This document shows, piece by piece, positions 1-13,687 of a stretch of DNA of 64,000 nucleotides. The stretch spans positions 118,792,001-118,856,000 of the forward strand of contig OX597814.1 of the NCBI GenBank assembly GCA_951406725.2. The letters run 5' to 3'. The translations under genes and the position numbers were made by a program. The notes below the pieces were generated by a model, which saw only the letters and a list, made by a program, of their open reading frames with translations, was not told the origin of the DNA and ran no database searches. Positions within the stretch are counted from its first letter, which is position 1, and the number at the start of each line of letters is the position of its first letter. The stretch comes from Octopus vulgaris. Lineage: Eukaryota.

Positions 1-142
1 CGTCGCTTGACAACCGATGCTGTTATGTTTACGTCCCCGTAACTTAGCGATTCGGCAAAAGACCGATAGAATAAGTACTAAGCTTACAAAGAATAAGTCT
101 TGGGGTCGATTTGCTCGACTAAAGGTTGTGCTCCGTCATGGC
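1..142 (+). mobile_element. SINE family A, 3' half (truncated by window edge)
   Basis: Matches the 3' half of the full copy at 42157-42584 (cgcttgacaaccgatgct...gaccgatagaataagtact...gtcgatttgctcgactaaagg). Confidence 0.9.
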
Positions 143-244
143 TCCAAATATGTATTTTAGTGAATCATTGCCAGTTTAGTGCCGCAAGAGTATATATAAA
201 CGCGCACGCGTGCACACACACGAACATATACGCATATATATATA

Positions 245-2121
245 TATTATATAAAACTCAATATCTGTATATTCGTGTGTTCGTATGCTACTTATAGACT
301 CGAAAACTACAGGAGCGATCCTAATGATATTTGTGACACAAAATCCAAGCCTAGGGAGAAGGGTAATGCCGTATGTTTCATACAATTTTGAGTTGGCATA
401 AGGTGGGGAGCAGAACACTTGGGGAAAATTAACTAACTTCGGATTTCGGGGAAATTTGAACGATAAGAATTAGAAATAAATTTTAAAATATATCCAAAAT
501 GTCCATATTCTTGGATGATTCTAATTTTAGTCATTTTTCATGGACCAAAATTACTGAATGGATCCTTATGATATTTGGAACTTATATACAATGCATAAGG
601 ATAGATTCATACCCTCCTTTATGCCGTATGTTTGGTCTGAATTTCAGGTGGGCTTAAAAGAAGCAGAGCCCCCACCATGAAAATTCATAAATTTCCGATG
701 TTGATGCAATGTCAAACTTAAATAATTGAGAGAAATCAAGAATTATTCCCAATTTTTCCGCTTTTCATGAGGATTATCAGACGCCCTAATGGGGGACAAA
801 ACTCCCAAATTTTAGTTATTTTTATGATCCAAAACAAGGTCAAAAGTATTGAAATTTACTTTATGAAATTTTGAAATTATATTCCATGCATAAAGGCGGA
901 TGTAATGCAGTATATCTTTGAAAGTAACGGGGCATAAATGAGACCATAGCCCCCATGAAAATTTATATATTTTTATTGTTGATGAAATTGTAATAATAGA
1001 TATTAGACACAAATGAAGTAATGTTCATAAAATTTCAACTTCTTAGAAGGTTAGTAAAACCCTTTAATGGGTGCTTAATATTCACAATTTAGTTATTTTT
1101 CCTAAACCAAGGTGAATGCAAATGTATTCTTGAAAGCTGTAGAATCGCCCAAGAATACAAAATGAGCGTTAGTGTAATTCAATGGTACAACAGTGTAAGA
1201 GTTTTCGTTGAGATATACTTAGATTGTGATTTCTGCAATGTGGTGCATAAATTGTCAAGTAAAAGAGAGACAACTTTGTGTCCACTGATTCAGTAGCAAA
1301 GTGTTATTTTGAGTAAAGTTATTTGAGTCTTTTTATTATCTCTGGGTCAGATATAATCCCCAGAGGGTAACATTAATTTCAAAGCCTTTTGAGATAAGTG
1401 AATGGTCAGTTAAATAGATTCATAAATTGCAAATTTATTCTGTTCAGTTACCTATCGGTATAGTGATTATCGGCAAACTCCACAGGTGACACTTTCCTTT
1501 CCCCTTAGCCCTCACGTCACACTGTTTTTAATGTTTATTTGAGTGGGGCCACGCCTTTCCAATTGATATAGATCCGTAGAGCATCTTACGGCTGTGCCGG
1601 TCATCTGTATGGTGAATAATTCTACGTCTAGGTTAGCGTAGCTGACTGCTTATTGTGGCCATTCGTCTTGTGGCTTCCTCTAGCTTTCCTCTCTTTTACA
1701 AACCCTGTGATCATTCACATATTTTCGATTTCAAAGAAATTTCAACAAGAGATATAAGGCAGAAGTTAAAAGGATTCCAAACCAAAGAACTTCTGTGGTT
1801 GACTTTAAGACCCCCTCCTAATCGGTGTCATAACTTTTAGAGTTCTTTGTGCTCTGTGTGCTCCATTTTCCAGAGGAAATAACCTTTGAATGAGTTTTGT
1901 AAGATTTGGATTTTGGAATCTGGGCATAAAGATGAGTAGAGTGGGATAAATATATCAGGATTAAAATTTTTGTTAGGATGTGTAAAGAGGGCTGAACCCC
2001 ATAAAAATTCTTAATCTCAAATTTTGATGAAATTCGAATCATAGATATTCCAGTTTGTTACAGAAAATATAAAAGAGAATTCTTCAATTCCATGTGACAC
2101 GGTCAACGCCGTGTATCTTTG

Positions 2122-2125
<4 letters not shown>
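245..2125 (+). mobile_element. Putative non-autonomous Helitron-like element with internal subrepeats
   Basis: 3' hairpin ACACGG-tcaacg-CCGTGT (2097-2114) followed by atctttgCTAC-T, one mismatch from CTAG-T. The start tatataaaactcaatatctg resembles Helitron 5' ends. Three diverged subrepeats at ~300-430, ~545-690 and ~840-965. The 5' boundary is uncertain. Confidence 0.5.
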
Positions 2126-2159
<34 letters not shown>

Positions 2160-2529
2160 CTCTCTTTTTATATATATATATATATGGTTTAGTTGCAAAG
2201 TGTTCTTTTGAGTTAAGTTATTTAGTTGCAGACATCTTTGAGTCTTTTTTATTATCATTGGTTCAGAGATAGTCCCCAGATGGTAACAATAATTTCAAGG
2301 CCGTTCCAGATGAGTGACTGATCAGTGTAATATATTAATAGATTGCAAATTTTTTCTGTTCAGTTACCTATCGGCATAGTGATCAGAAGTGACATTTTCA
2401 TTTCCGCTTAGTTCTCACGTCAGGTATATATATGTGTCTGTGTGTGTATACGTGCAGATGTGTATGTTATGTCAATGCATCTCTTCTCATGCATGTACTT
2501 ACATACCTAGACATACTCATAGGTACTTA

Positions 2530-2835
2530 AATCATAAATTTCTCAAAGGGTTTACAAATTTGTACAGTGCCAGTGTAGTCTTCAAATCAGCTTTCTCCTT
2601 TCTGCTTTCGAGAAGCCTGATTTCCCAAGATTGGTATTTATGCAGTGGGTTAAATATTTCAGCGCCCAATAATGACAGATATAAACATGAAGCTATAATG
2701 TAGATAGCGTACATGCAGCTTACTCAATAGTGCAGCCTAGGTATTATTCTTTTTCAATGACCTTCAGCTTTATGTTAGCATCTGCAGGGCAGCTGGTTGC
2801 CACAACTCTATTGAGTTTCTCTCCACTGTCCCGTA
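2530..2835 (-). pseudogene. Degenerate LINE ORF2 C-terminal fragment (CR1/Jockey-like)
   Basis: Minus-strand peptides SWEIRLLESRKEKADLKTTLALYKFVN and NSIELWQP resemble the LINE C-terminal motifs RL..LE.RR.RADL...YKI and ..VWSP. Contains stops and frameshifts. Confidence 0.45.
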
Positions 2836-2895
2836 CCTATGTATGTATATATACGTATGTATGGGTGTATGTACGTGTGTAGTTATATGTACGTA

Positions 2896-2899
<4 letters not shown>

Positions 2900-2973
<74 letters not shown>

Positions 2974-3005
2974 TATACATACGTATGTATATATATATAT
3001 ATAAT

Positions 3006-3066
<61 letters not shown>

Positions 3067-3318
3067 ATTGGGTCTTTCGTTGTTCCAAAGAATAGTTCAT
3101 GTTCCATGTACTCATGCTTCGTATTTTATTGCTATACATGTTTCATAATATCCTCTGCAGATGTATGCTTATATATACGTATAGATGTTGGTGTGTACAT
3201 ACACGTATGTATATATGCATATATAATAAATTTATTCGTTCTGTTATTTGATTTAGCGCCACGCATCATTTTCCAAGCAAGTCTTCTCTATCTATCTATC
3301 TATCGATTTATCTATCTA

Positions 3319-3383
<65 letters not shown>

Positions 3384-3395
3384 GTAAATACACAA

Positions 3396-3443
<48 letters not shown>

Positions 3444-3673
3444 ATATTTATATACATATACATACAAACACACATACACACACATACACATCCACACATA
3501 AAACACGTCGCTTAATGCAGAGTACTTTTCCTATGTAAAAATCAACCTTATATTCTAAAATATGTACGTAAATAGCCCGTCTTTAAGGCGTTACTTACGT
3601 TAATGGAAACAAGAGTCATTCTTGTCATAAATAACATTCTAATCAATACTCACGAATAATAAATATAGTCTAT

Positions 3674-3708
<35 letters not shown>

Positions 3709-4038
3709 ATCACGTATAGGAACCGTTGTTTATATACTTATGTCTCACTCAATAATACAGATCGTTTAGAGAGCATATATATATAATTTATCCTATTTAT
3801 AAAGGATATTACTATCGTCACACATTTACATAATTGATTCGATGGTAGTTATTCTACTTAAACATTGTAGACATTATCAGGGGAATATCAAGGAGAAAGA
3901 GATAGTAGTATGTCTTAGTACTTACCAACTAAAACTTTACATGATCCTTTTAGTATTTAATTGGTATCTTGTAACACTGTGCTATAACTTACACATTTTA
4001 TACATATATGCATCATTAATTTCATTTGTATATATTTA

Positions 4039-4095
<57 letters not shown>

Positions 4096-4184
4096 GCAGT
4101 CATATATGTATTTGTATACATACATATATATTGATATAAAATAATACATACATGTATATATTTATATATATATATATGTATATA

Positions 4185-4230
<46 letters not shown>

Positions 4231-4333
4231 TACATATACGCATATATGTATATATGCATACATATATATATATATACATATACATATATATACATATATA
4301 TGCATATATATATATATATACATATATATACAT

Positions 4334-4401
<68 letters not shown>

Positions 4402-4838
4402 AATTTTGCTAAAGATTTTCAAGACTTTTATAAAGAGGTCTTACAGCTGTTTCCGGAATATTTTAAATATCCTTTCATACGAGACTTTGTGAGAAAGTGG
4501 CTAAGCAATCGTTATTCTAGAGAAGATATGATATACAGTGTGAAGTGGAGGAATGAAAACAGAAGGGAAATATCCAAGGATATTGTATCTGCAGTTCCAT
4601 TATTATTCAGACTATTTCCTGTTTTTGATTTGAAATGTTCTGAAATCTTTCACAGCCTTGGCTTTTTATCTCATTCTGTTAATTTGTTTTATATATATAC
4701 GCATGCTGATATGTGGCCGACGTTGGGCTCCTCATTTGCGTAATCACCGAACTTAGAGCTTAAGAATAGTCTGTCCATAGTACTCACTCAGCTTTACCTG
4801 ACACCTTTGGGTCTTCTTGTCACCATTACCTCTCATAA

Positions 4839-4933
<95 letters not shown>

Positions 4934-5115
4934 GCTTTGTTTTAACGGTAAATTTCATAGGTTTTTTTTCGATGGCCCGATAGCTAAAGTGATGCCGGTG
5001 TGGACTTACACCCCGACATCCAAAACTCATTGTCACATATTATATTTACAGATAAATTCCCTATTTTCATAATATCGAGGTCCCTTTCATTCTTTTCTTG
5101 CCTTGCCATTTCTAT

Positions 5116-5179
<64 letters not shown>

Positions 5180-5250
5180 ATATGTATGTATGAATGTATG
5201 TATGTATTATTATGTATGTATGTATGTATGTATGTATGTATGTATGTATG

Positions 5251-5282
<32 letters not shown>

Positions 5283-5310
5283 TGTATGTATGTATGTATA
5301 TATATATATA
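2900..5310. repeat. Cluster of (TA)n, (TATG)n and (CA)n microsatellites
   Basis: Directly visible at 2900-3062, 3320-3500, 4040-4400, 4840-4930 and 5120-5310. Confidence 0.95.
4400..4830 (-). pseudogene. Highly degenerate Penelope-like GIY-YIG remnant
   Basis: Minus-strand translation [19 protein letters not shown] weakly resembles C..YIGQT.R. Flanked by (TA)n like the other PLE pieces. Confidence 0.3.
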
Positions 5311-5316
5311 TTTTTT

Positions 5317-5448
5317 TTTATTATATAGAAGGAGCTTCTACAGGACTAGAACTGTTTCATTCAAGAGAAATCATCAGGAAGCGCTTCCTGATGATTTCTC
5401 TTGAATGAAACAGTTCTAGTCCTGTAGAAGCTCCTTCTATATAATAAA
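5317..5448. repeat. Perfect 132-bp palindrome (66-bp arms, no spacer)
   Basis: Base-by-base self-complementary around aggaagc|gcttcct (centre 5382/5383). Confidence 0.97.
5383..5431 (+). ncRNA. Type I hammerhead ribozyme, canonical core (mirror copy on - strand at 5334-5382)
   Basis: GCTTC-CTGATGA-tTTCtcttGAAt-GAA-ACAG-ttctagtc-CTGT-A-GAAGC. Stems I and III pair and the site is GUA. Stem II is short with a U-U at 10.1/11.1. Confidence 0.75.
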
Positions 5449-5514
5449 TTAATTTTACTCTGCTATGTATTGAGTACCTTATTTACTGTGGTTAACCCCG
5501 AATCAACCCGGGAC

Positions 5515-5555
<41 letters not shown>

Positions 5556-5559
5556 AGTA

Positions 5560-6690
5560 TATGAACCACAGTCAGATGTATTCATTTCACACTCGGGAAA
5601 GTGGCTCTTCAACAGATAGGAATACGAGAAAATAATTAGAGGAGGAATAAAAACACTTGTGGATTTACCAAGGCGACAGGTTAGGGAAAAAAGACTTGAC
5701 AGGAAATGTAGAAAGAAGGCGACAATGAAGAAAGAAGGTGGGTAGTGATGAAGGGAGGAAGTAGGTGTCAGAGCAAGTGAGGAGAGGAGATGTGGGCTGG
5801 AGTGAAGAGATGTAGTTTCAGATGAGGGGAGGAGAGGAAGGGCGTGAAATGAGGAAAGGACGGGTGTCGAGCCCATGTGGCACAAATGAGCGAAGAGAGA
5901 AGATTAATTCCTGTTCAGGGTAAAGGCAAGAGTCTGGATGGCCACTGTGCAAAGACAACCTGAAAACAGACAAGTGTTGCAGGGAATAACCAGTAGAGCA
6001 GAAATGGCACGAGACTGGGGTGTCATCGCCGAGTCTGATGTCTCGGAGATGCTCCGTGAATCGGTCAGCCAAGCGGCGTTCCGTTTGTCCAATGTTCAGA
6101 GAAAAGCAGAATGTATAGTAAATTGACGTTGCTAGAAGTGCAGGTAAAGGAGTCGGAGATATGATAGGGGCGATGATGAGTGTGTGTGCGGATAGTAGTG
6201 TCGAAGGGGCAAGTCCGACAGTTGAGCCTGAGCAAGGGAACGAGCCAGGCTGGGAGGTGGGGTTAGGGAGAAACTGTGGACCAGGAGGTCTAGCAGGTTG
6301 TGGGCTCGTTTGTTGGAGCATGGATAAGTTGGGGAAGATGTGCGAGGATTAGGGTATTAGACTGGAGTCGCTGGAAGGCTTAGGGAATGATGTGCTGTAG
6401 GGATAGTGTGGAGGGGTGGTAGGTGAGGCGAAACGCGAGTTGGGCAACGGCAAGGCGGTGTCGGGGAATGAGTGCAGGTACACAGTCCAAGGATTGTGCT
6501 CTGGCAATTGCTCTGTGCATAGTGGTGAGGGGATATCCACGAAGGATGAAGTGGCCAGCCATGGGTTAAGACTGAGTCTCAAAATTATTGTTGTCATTGC
6601 AGAGCCTGCGGAGACGGAGAACATGGGAGTAGGAGATGGAGAGCTTGGTGTGGATAAGATGGGGGGAGGAGAATATAATGCAGGCGTGTA
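5560..6690 (-). mobile_element. Penelope-like retroelement, 5'-truncated (RT C-terminus, linker, GIY-YIG endonuclease, 3' UTR)
   Basis: Peptides GHFILRGYP..MHRAIARAQ, LTYHPS and CFSLNIGQTERRLADRFTEHLRDIR..TPVSCHFC..EQELIFSLRSFVPHGL are typical PLE RT-linker/GIY-YIG motifs. Frameshifted. Confidence 0.9.
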
Positions 6691-6856
6691 TATATAATGC
6701 AAACCCTCAGATGCATATATATTCACATATATATACATACTTATCTTTATTTATAATCGACGATAAAATCTTATCTATCCAGAAAAACAATATGACCAGC
6801 TAATTGTTTTCGTGAAGTATAAATAATATTGCTAATGCTGAAGCATTTAATGTGAT

Positions 6857-6908
<52 letters not shown>

Positions 6909-7299
6909 GCATACATACACATAAACTTATAGAAATATTCACACACACATGCATACATACACATACGCATCTGCTTGTATAAATATTAATTCAAATCATA
7001 TATTTATTTTCTTTGTTCTTATGCTCATGTGTTACATCTTGTAGGAATCTCTCTCTTATAACACAACGTAAAAGCGACGTTATCCACGGCTGTGAGAATA
7101 ACAAAACTACTCTTATATTTAGAAGTAATTGTCGTTAAAATACCAATATGAATTACATTTACAATGTTTGAGGCTTCCGAAGATTCCAGAATTCCGGCTT
7201 TTTGATCTATTATTATGTTCAACGTTTGTGTCGTTATAGTTAAAATTCAACTTGCACAACACAAGGTTCGTGCAAAATCTCCTAAATTGGAACTAAAGT

Positions 7300-8300
7300 T
7301 ATCATAATTTAATTTCATTCAAATATTTTCAGCCTCCATAGAAAAAGTTGTTTAGAAAAAATTCACTTTCACTCAGATTACATACAACATTGATGGCGAG
7401 TTCCATAAATTGAATACAGGAGTCAGGAGAGGAGAAAAAATAACCAGAACGGTAAATAAGTTCGAACTGATATAATTATCAACAATTATAATACAGTTTA
7501 TTATTCCCACTTATACAAATGGTCAAAGAAATCATAAAACAGTAAATTAATTTGGTCTGGGAAACCTTTGAAAGTAAGTCTAAATTTAACTGAAGAATGA
7601 TCATTGATATTTCCATACTGGTTGCCTTGTTGCTAATTTCAATTTATAAACTCGGTTGTTCATTGCTAAATCAAATATTCTTTTAATTCTTCATAGTTTG
7701 ATTGTTAGATCCTTGTGAGGTTTCAGGCGTCATTACTAAATAAAATTGTGGGGATAATTCAGTAGTTGTGCAACTCAAACTTAATTGTATCAAAAGTTTG
7801 AAGACGAGTATGGAGTATTTCGTCTGAAAGACAACCAACAAAAATGGAAGTAAAGGAGTTAGAATGGTATTCGGAAAACTGAAAAGGAAACAAATGCCAA
7901 TAATAAAATATATAGGCGAGACTGATATAATTTTGATAAGGATATAGAATCTGAGAAACGTAATCTGCATGTTATGAAATGGAATATTTAATACCTTTAT
8001 TTAATACTTAGGGAAAATGGGATATCTGAATGATATACACAGCAAATGAAATGGGAGAAACGATAATAGTAAATATACAAAGAATATTCAATGTTAAATT
8101 TTTAGATGTTGCAATTTTTAAATACTTTGAAGTTATCGATTACATCTTCAAAAAAAGATATAAAATTTATTTCGTACCTGGATCTCATTGATAAATTGCC
8201 AAGCATTGCTGAGGTTCAGTGATAGATTTTGAAGTATACTATCAAATGTATTACCTGTTTTAGTTATTTTGAGAGCTATGTGTGAAATGAAGGTTGATAC
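7300..8300 (+). pseudogene. Very degenerate LINE RT remnant (RTE-like)
   Basis: DGEFHKLNTGVRRGEKIT (~7391-7445) resembles GVRQGD.LSP. Later LLDPCEVSGV and VRMVFGKL occur in the expected order. Many stops. Confidence 0.3.
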
Positions 8301-8673
8301 CGTAAATTCTAAGGCATATTCCTAAATTTTCATCTACTTATCACTCATAAAGTGCATCTATAATTCGACGTGAAAGCAGGATAATAAACTTTTATACCCA
8401 ATATAAACACCTGAATAGCTAGTAAGAGCGTTGAATTTTAATGAAATAGGTCAGTGTTAAACCGGCAAATACACCTCGTGTAAGCTAGACTGATGCGCAT
8501 TTTATTACATATATTTTATAATTCTTAATAGAGCAAGTACAGAGTTTTGCGGGAAATGCTGTATCAATACAACAGATATTCCACGGAATACAAATTCATA
8601 CAAGGCGAATTAGTTCTTTCTATGAAATGTTATATTGAACAGGTAAACAAACGAGAATTCGACATCATAACGG

Positions 8674-8733
<60 letters not shown>

Positions 8734-8756
8734 ACACTTCTGATTGTGTGCTTATA

Positions 8757-8817
<61 letters not shown>

Positions 8818-8854
8818 CATATATGGATATACATATATATTCTTTTATTATTTT

Positions 8855-9060
8855 ATTCATTTATTTGTTTCAGTCATTTGAATGCGGCCATGCTGGAGCA
8901 CCGCCTTTATTGGAGCAAATCGACCCTTCGACTTATTCATTGTGAGCCTAGTACTTATTCTAACGGTTTCTTTTGGCGAACCACGAAGTTACGGGGACGT
9001 AAATACACCAGCACAGGTTGTCAAGCGATGATTCGTGGAGTCAAAAACAGAAACGCAACC
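8855..9060 (-). mobile_element. SINE family A, 3' half
   Basis: ttgtttcagtcatttgaatgcggccatgctggagcaccgccttt... is the reverse complement of the family A tail. Confidence 0.9.
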
Positions 9061-9102
9061 GTATACATAAACACGTACATACATGCATATATACATACAT
9101 AA

Positions 9103-9189
<87 letters not shown>

Positions 9190-9229
9190 TATACAGAGGT
9201 ATATGTGTATTCTTTTGCCTGACCCCACT

Positions 9230-9600
9230 TTGAATACTGCTGTCTACTGGGGTCGACTAGAAAAGCTCACGCTTTATTCTTTCCAACGCGGCCGTAAGCG
9301 TTCCATCTGCATGATGTGGAAAATATTCCATCAACATTGCTCAAAAGATGTTGGTATCGCCTTTAAGATACAACCAAGAATTGGACTCCGTGGTACCACA
9401 CACAACATAAATTATATTCACATCATATATCAACAATGCGGCACAATTATTACACTCCAATTGGCCGCGTTCTCTTTAACATTACACCAAAATGCATTAG
9501 AGCAGAAACAGAACACATAAGTTTTATGAAGTCTTTGGACAAATACATTCAAAAAATCCCGGATAAACCTCCTACACCCAGAAAGGTCTCCCCGTGTGGA
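9230..9600 (+). pseudogene. LINE ORF2 C-terminal fragment (CR1/Jockey-like)
   Basis: [27 protein letters not shown] ... [13 protein letters not shown]...SFMKSLDKYIQKIPDKP. Homologous to the C-terminus at 31451-31850. Confidence 0.85.
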
Positions 9601-9875
9601 CCATGTTGTCAGATTGGTGATTTGAATGGCTTTACCAAGTTGTGGAAACAGGTCAGTCATGGTCTGGGCCAATACTGCCCGAAATTATCAAAGTATCAAG
9701 GTATATATCGGGATTTACCAATAGAATAGCAACTCCTATTTCAGGATAACCTTATTTTCTGGAATACGCATAGAAAGTTATATCAAATATAATAATAGAA
9801 CGATATAAGATATAAGCATTTCAAAACCTACTATAGAGTACAATAAAATTATTTAAAGAAATTATTTTTAAAATA

Positions 9876-9936
<61 letters not shown>

Positions 9937-10061
9937 TCTTAGTAGTTTGTGGGAAAGAAGATATTCTACATCAACACTACACGCGTTTCTGCACTGAGAG
10001 TTTGTTTATCCAAGCTAAACTTAGTACATAAATACACTAGTGTGTCCTCAGGCTATATATT

Positions 10062-10137
<76 letters not shown>

Positions 10138-10877
10138 AATCTACAAATCTACAAATGTATTTACATGTGAGCGTATGTTTGTGAGTGTTTGTTTGTGTGT
10201 ATATGAGCGTGAATGTGTGTCTGCGATTACGTTGACTATATCTATCTCTTCCTTTAAAAAGATGCATTTTATTATCATGTTCATATACCTATGGTCTGCA
10301 TTGTTTAGTGAAAGTTCACTAAACAATCCAGAACATTACTTTATTACTTTTCTAACTATAAACTTAATTATTCATGTCTCTTTTCAAAAGCCGGTTTAAA
10401 CAAAATTACTCGTGTACGACTAAATCTCGCTCCTCTTCCTATCTCATTTCTCACTCTCTCTTCCTAATACATTCCTCCACTCTCCCATATTCTCTTCTCT
10501 TGTCTTACTTAATTCTCGCTCACTTACTCTCCAGTCACTTAACAACAGTTGAATCTCCATGATATATGTTGAAATATGTTAATGGTCAAGTCACAGCTGT
10601 GCGTCCGAAGTTTTAACGCTTTCGATGCTTGCTAATGTAATCTTTTCTGATGAACTAAACGAAAAGTGATTATTACAAAATTCCCAGTTATCTAAGAGTC
10701 GAAATATCTGTGATTGTTTCTGTTTCAAAATACTGTATAGGAAGATATGACTTGTTTGCACATGCTGTTCTAAATGTCTGTAATCAACACACATGCACAT
10801 AATTATATACTCTCTCATTCCCCCTACACGCACATATAGATATATGTATTTTTATATATGCATATGTGTGTTTTGAC

Positions 10878-10964
<87 letters not shown>

Positions 10965-11212
10965 ATGTGTGTGTGAGTGTGTGTGTGTGCCTAGGTGTTT
11001 ATAAAGTAGATTGATAAATACATAGATAGATAGGAAAATAGACAGACAGGCAAAGACAGACAGACAGATAGAGACATAGATAGATAAGAATACAGACACA
11101 CAGACGGGCAGACAGACAGATGGGCAGATTGGCAGACTGACAGACCGACAGATAAGTAGGTAGGTTGATAGATACATACATACATGCATACATACATACA
11201 TACATACATACA

Positions 11213-11246
<34 letters not shown>

Positions 11247-11250
11247 CATA

Positions 11251-12070
11251 TGTTTCTTTATTAGTCACACAGGGCTGACCACACAGGGGACAAAATACAA
11301 AGAATAGCTTTTCGTTATGGCAAGGAAAGAAAAATATAAGTGGTGGTAGGTTTTCGATCAAAAGGGATCGTGAAGAAAAAAAGGAAAGCCGATCAATAGG
11401 TTTCTCTAGGAGGCGCGATAAACAGACTCGTCCCTCAAGCGATATCAGTCGTTCGACATAGGCCCACAGTTCGGAAATGGTTGGACACTGTACGAGTGCC
11501 TGCAGAACGGTCTCATCGCTATGACCGCATTTCGGGCAGGTCAGCCCCATGTTTCTCGAGCCATACCTGTAGATGTTATCTCTAACGGGTACGGTTCTCG
11601 ATAGCACTGCTAGGCCAGAGAGCTATGGAATTTGTCTATAGGTCCCGGCCAGAAAGCCGTCTTGATCAGGTGGGTCAGGTATTCTTCGTCGACGCCCAAG
11701 TGCGCCCCAAGATCGTCGTCGCTCCTCCTCTCCACTAATCCCCTATAGAATGCTTTGCTTGAGTTGCAGTCGCTCAAGGACGACCCCTGGACGGTATAAT
11801 TGCTCGAGAGCCACGCAACACACGCGGTGTCATTCGCCCTTCCGCTTACTCTTTTTGATCCACGACTGTAGCTCGGTCATGGAGACGAAGTGCGAGAAAA
11901 CGCGCCTCACAAAAGGCGATCACGCCTGTTCACCGTCGTCTCCACAGTGCCGGAGATGTCGCAGTCTCAGCGAGTCTGTGCATCATCAATCAAAACATGC
12001 CCAGTTCTCTGTTAGTGCGTATTGGCAGAAAACGGATCGCCTGACCATCGGAATGCATCGTTTCCACAAG
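11251..12070 (-). mobile_element. L1/Tx1-clade LINE 3' fragment (ORF2 C-terminal CCHC-type zinc-binding region plus 3' tail)
   Basis: VPVRDNIYRYG..GLTCPKCGHSDETVLQALVQCPTISELWAYVE fits the zf-RVT CxxC...ET..H...C..W pattern (H replaced by Q). GC-rich body ending in aataaagaaac. Confidence 0.85.
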
Positions 12071-12680
<610 letters not shown>

Positions 12681-13369
12681 TAGCTAAGACTTGCTTATTT
12701 TACCATAAACTGAAAAGAAGTGTTGATAAGTTGTGCAGTAACTACACCGTACTTGAGAGAATATATATTACCTTACTCAATTACTGTTAGATATTGCTTT
12801 GAAATGATATTTATTGTGGCTAATTTGACGTGTTGTTCATTGAAAAGCATTCTATATTAAGCTACTAAATGATCAACCCGTTATTATGTCTTTTATTTAG
12901 CTAGAGGACAAACAGAAGTGTCGCTATATTCCTTATACACTTGGTGGATAATGAGAATTTACATGCCAAAGATGTAACAACACAAAAAGAGAACACTGCT
13001 TCATTAGTGTTAGAAGTATTGCGAATCATTATTGCTACACTAACCTAAGTTGTGTGTGATTGCTAGCGACGAATTTCAAACGTTTATGACTACATATGAT
13101 TGGAGACAAATTATTTGATCTTAAAAACCACTGATTATTGTATTCCACAAATGTAATTTATATATCAAAAACTGGAAAAAAGATGATACGGAATCATTAC
13201 ATATAGATACGACCCTTTAGATTTTATTTGATGCTTTCGAATGACATCTATATCTGATGATTCCTATCTGATCATTTTGCCTGTTTCAGACTCATTAAAA
13301 CTTCATATACACACAGACACAGACACACACGTAAGCATACGAGCACACACTCAAATGAATACATACATA

Positions 13370-13409
<40 letters not shown>

Positions 13410-13413
<4 letters not shown>

Positions 13414-13463
13414 CCAGCATGGCCACAGCTCATGAGCTGAAACTAGAATCAATCAATCAATCA

Positions 13464-13465
<2 letters not shown>
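13410..13465 (+). mobile_element. Isolated LINE 3' tail (family of 31375-32490)
   Basis: gccccagcatggccacagctcatgagctgaaactag followed by (aatc)n. Matches the LINE tail at 31383-31427. Confidence 0.75.
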
Positions 13466-13509
<44 letters not shown>

Positions 13510-13642
13510 CATATACATACACAGGCACACACACACACACGCACACACATATATATATACACACACAAGCGCGTACAGTCATATTCACACATAAATATAT
13601 ATAGTGATTGGTAGACACCACATAAACAAATATGTATGAATG

Positions 13643-13687
<45 letters not shown>

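Noticed and set aside
2770-5408. Many ORFs rich in YI/IY/CV/MYV repeats, here and throughout the window
   Set aside because: They are translations of (TA)n, (TG)n, (TATG)n and (GATA)n microsatellites, not genes.
10635-10680. CTGATGA-actaaac-GAAA hammerhead-like spacing
   Set aside because: No stem II and no stem I/III with an NUH site. The flanks form a simple hairpin.
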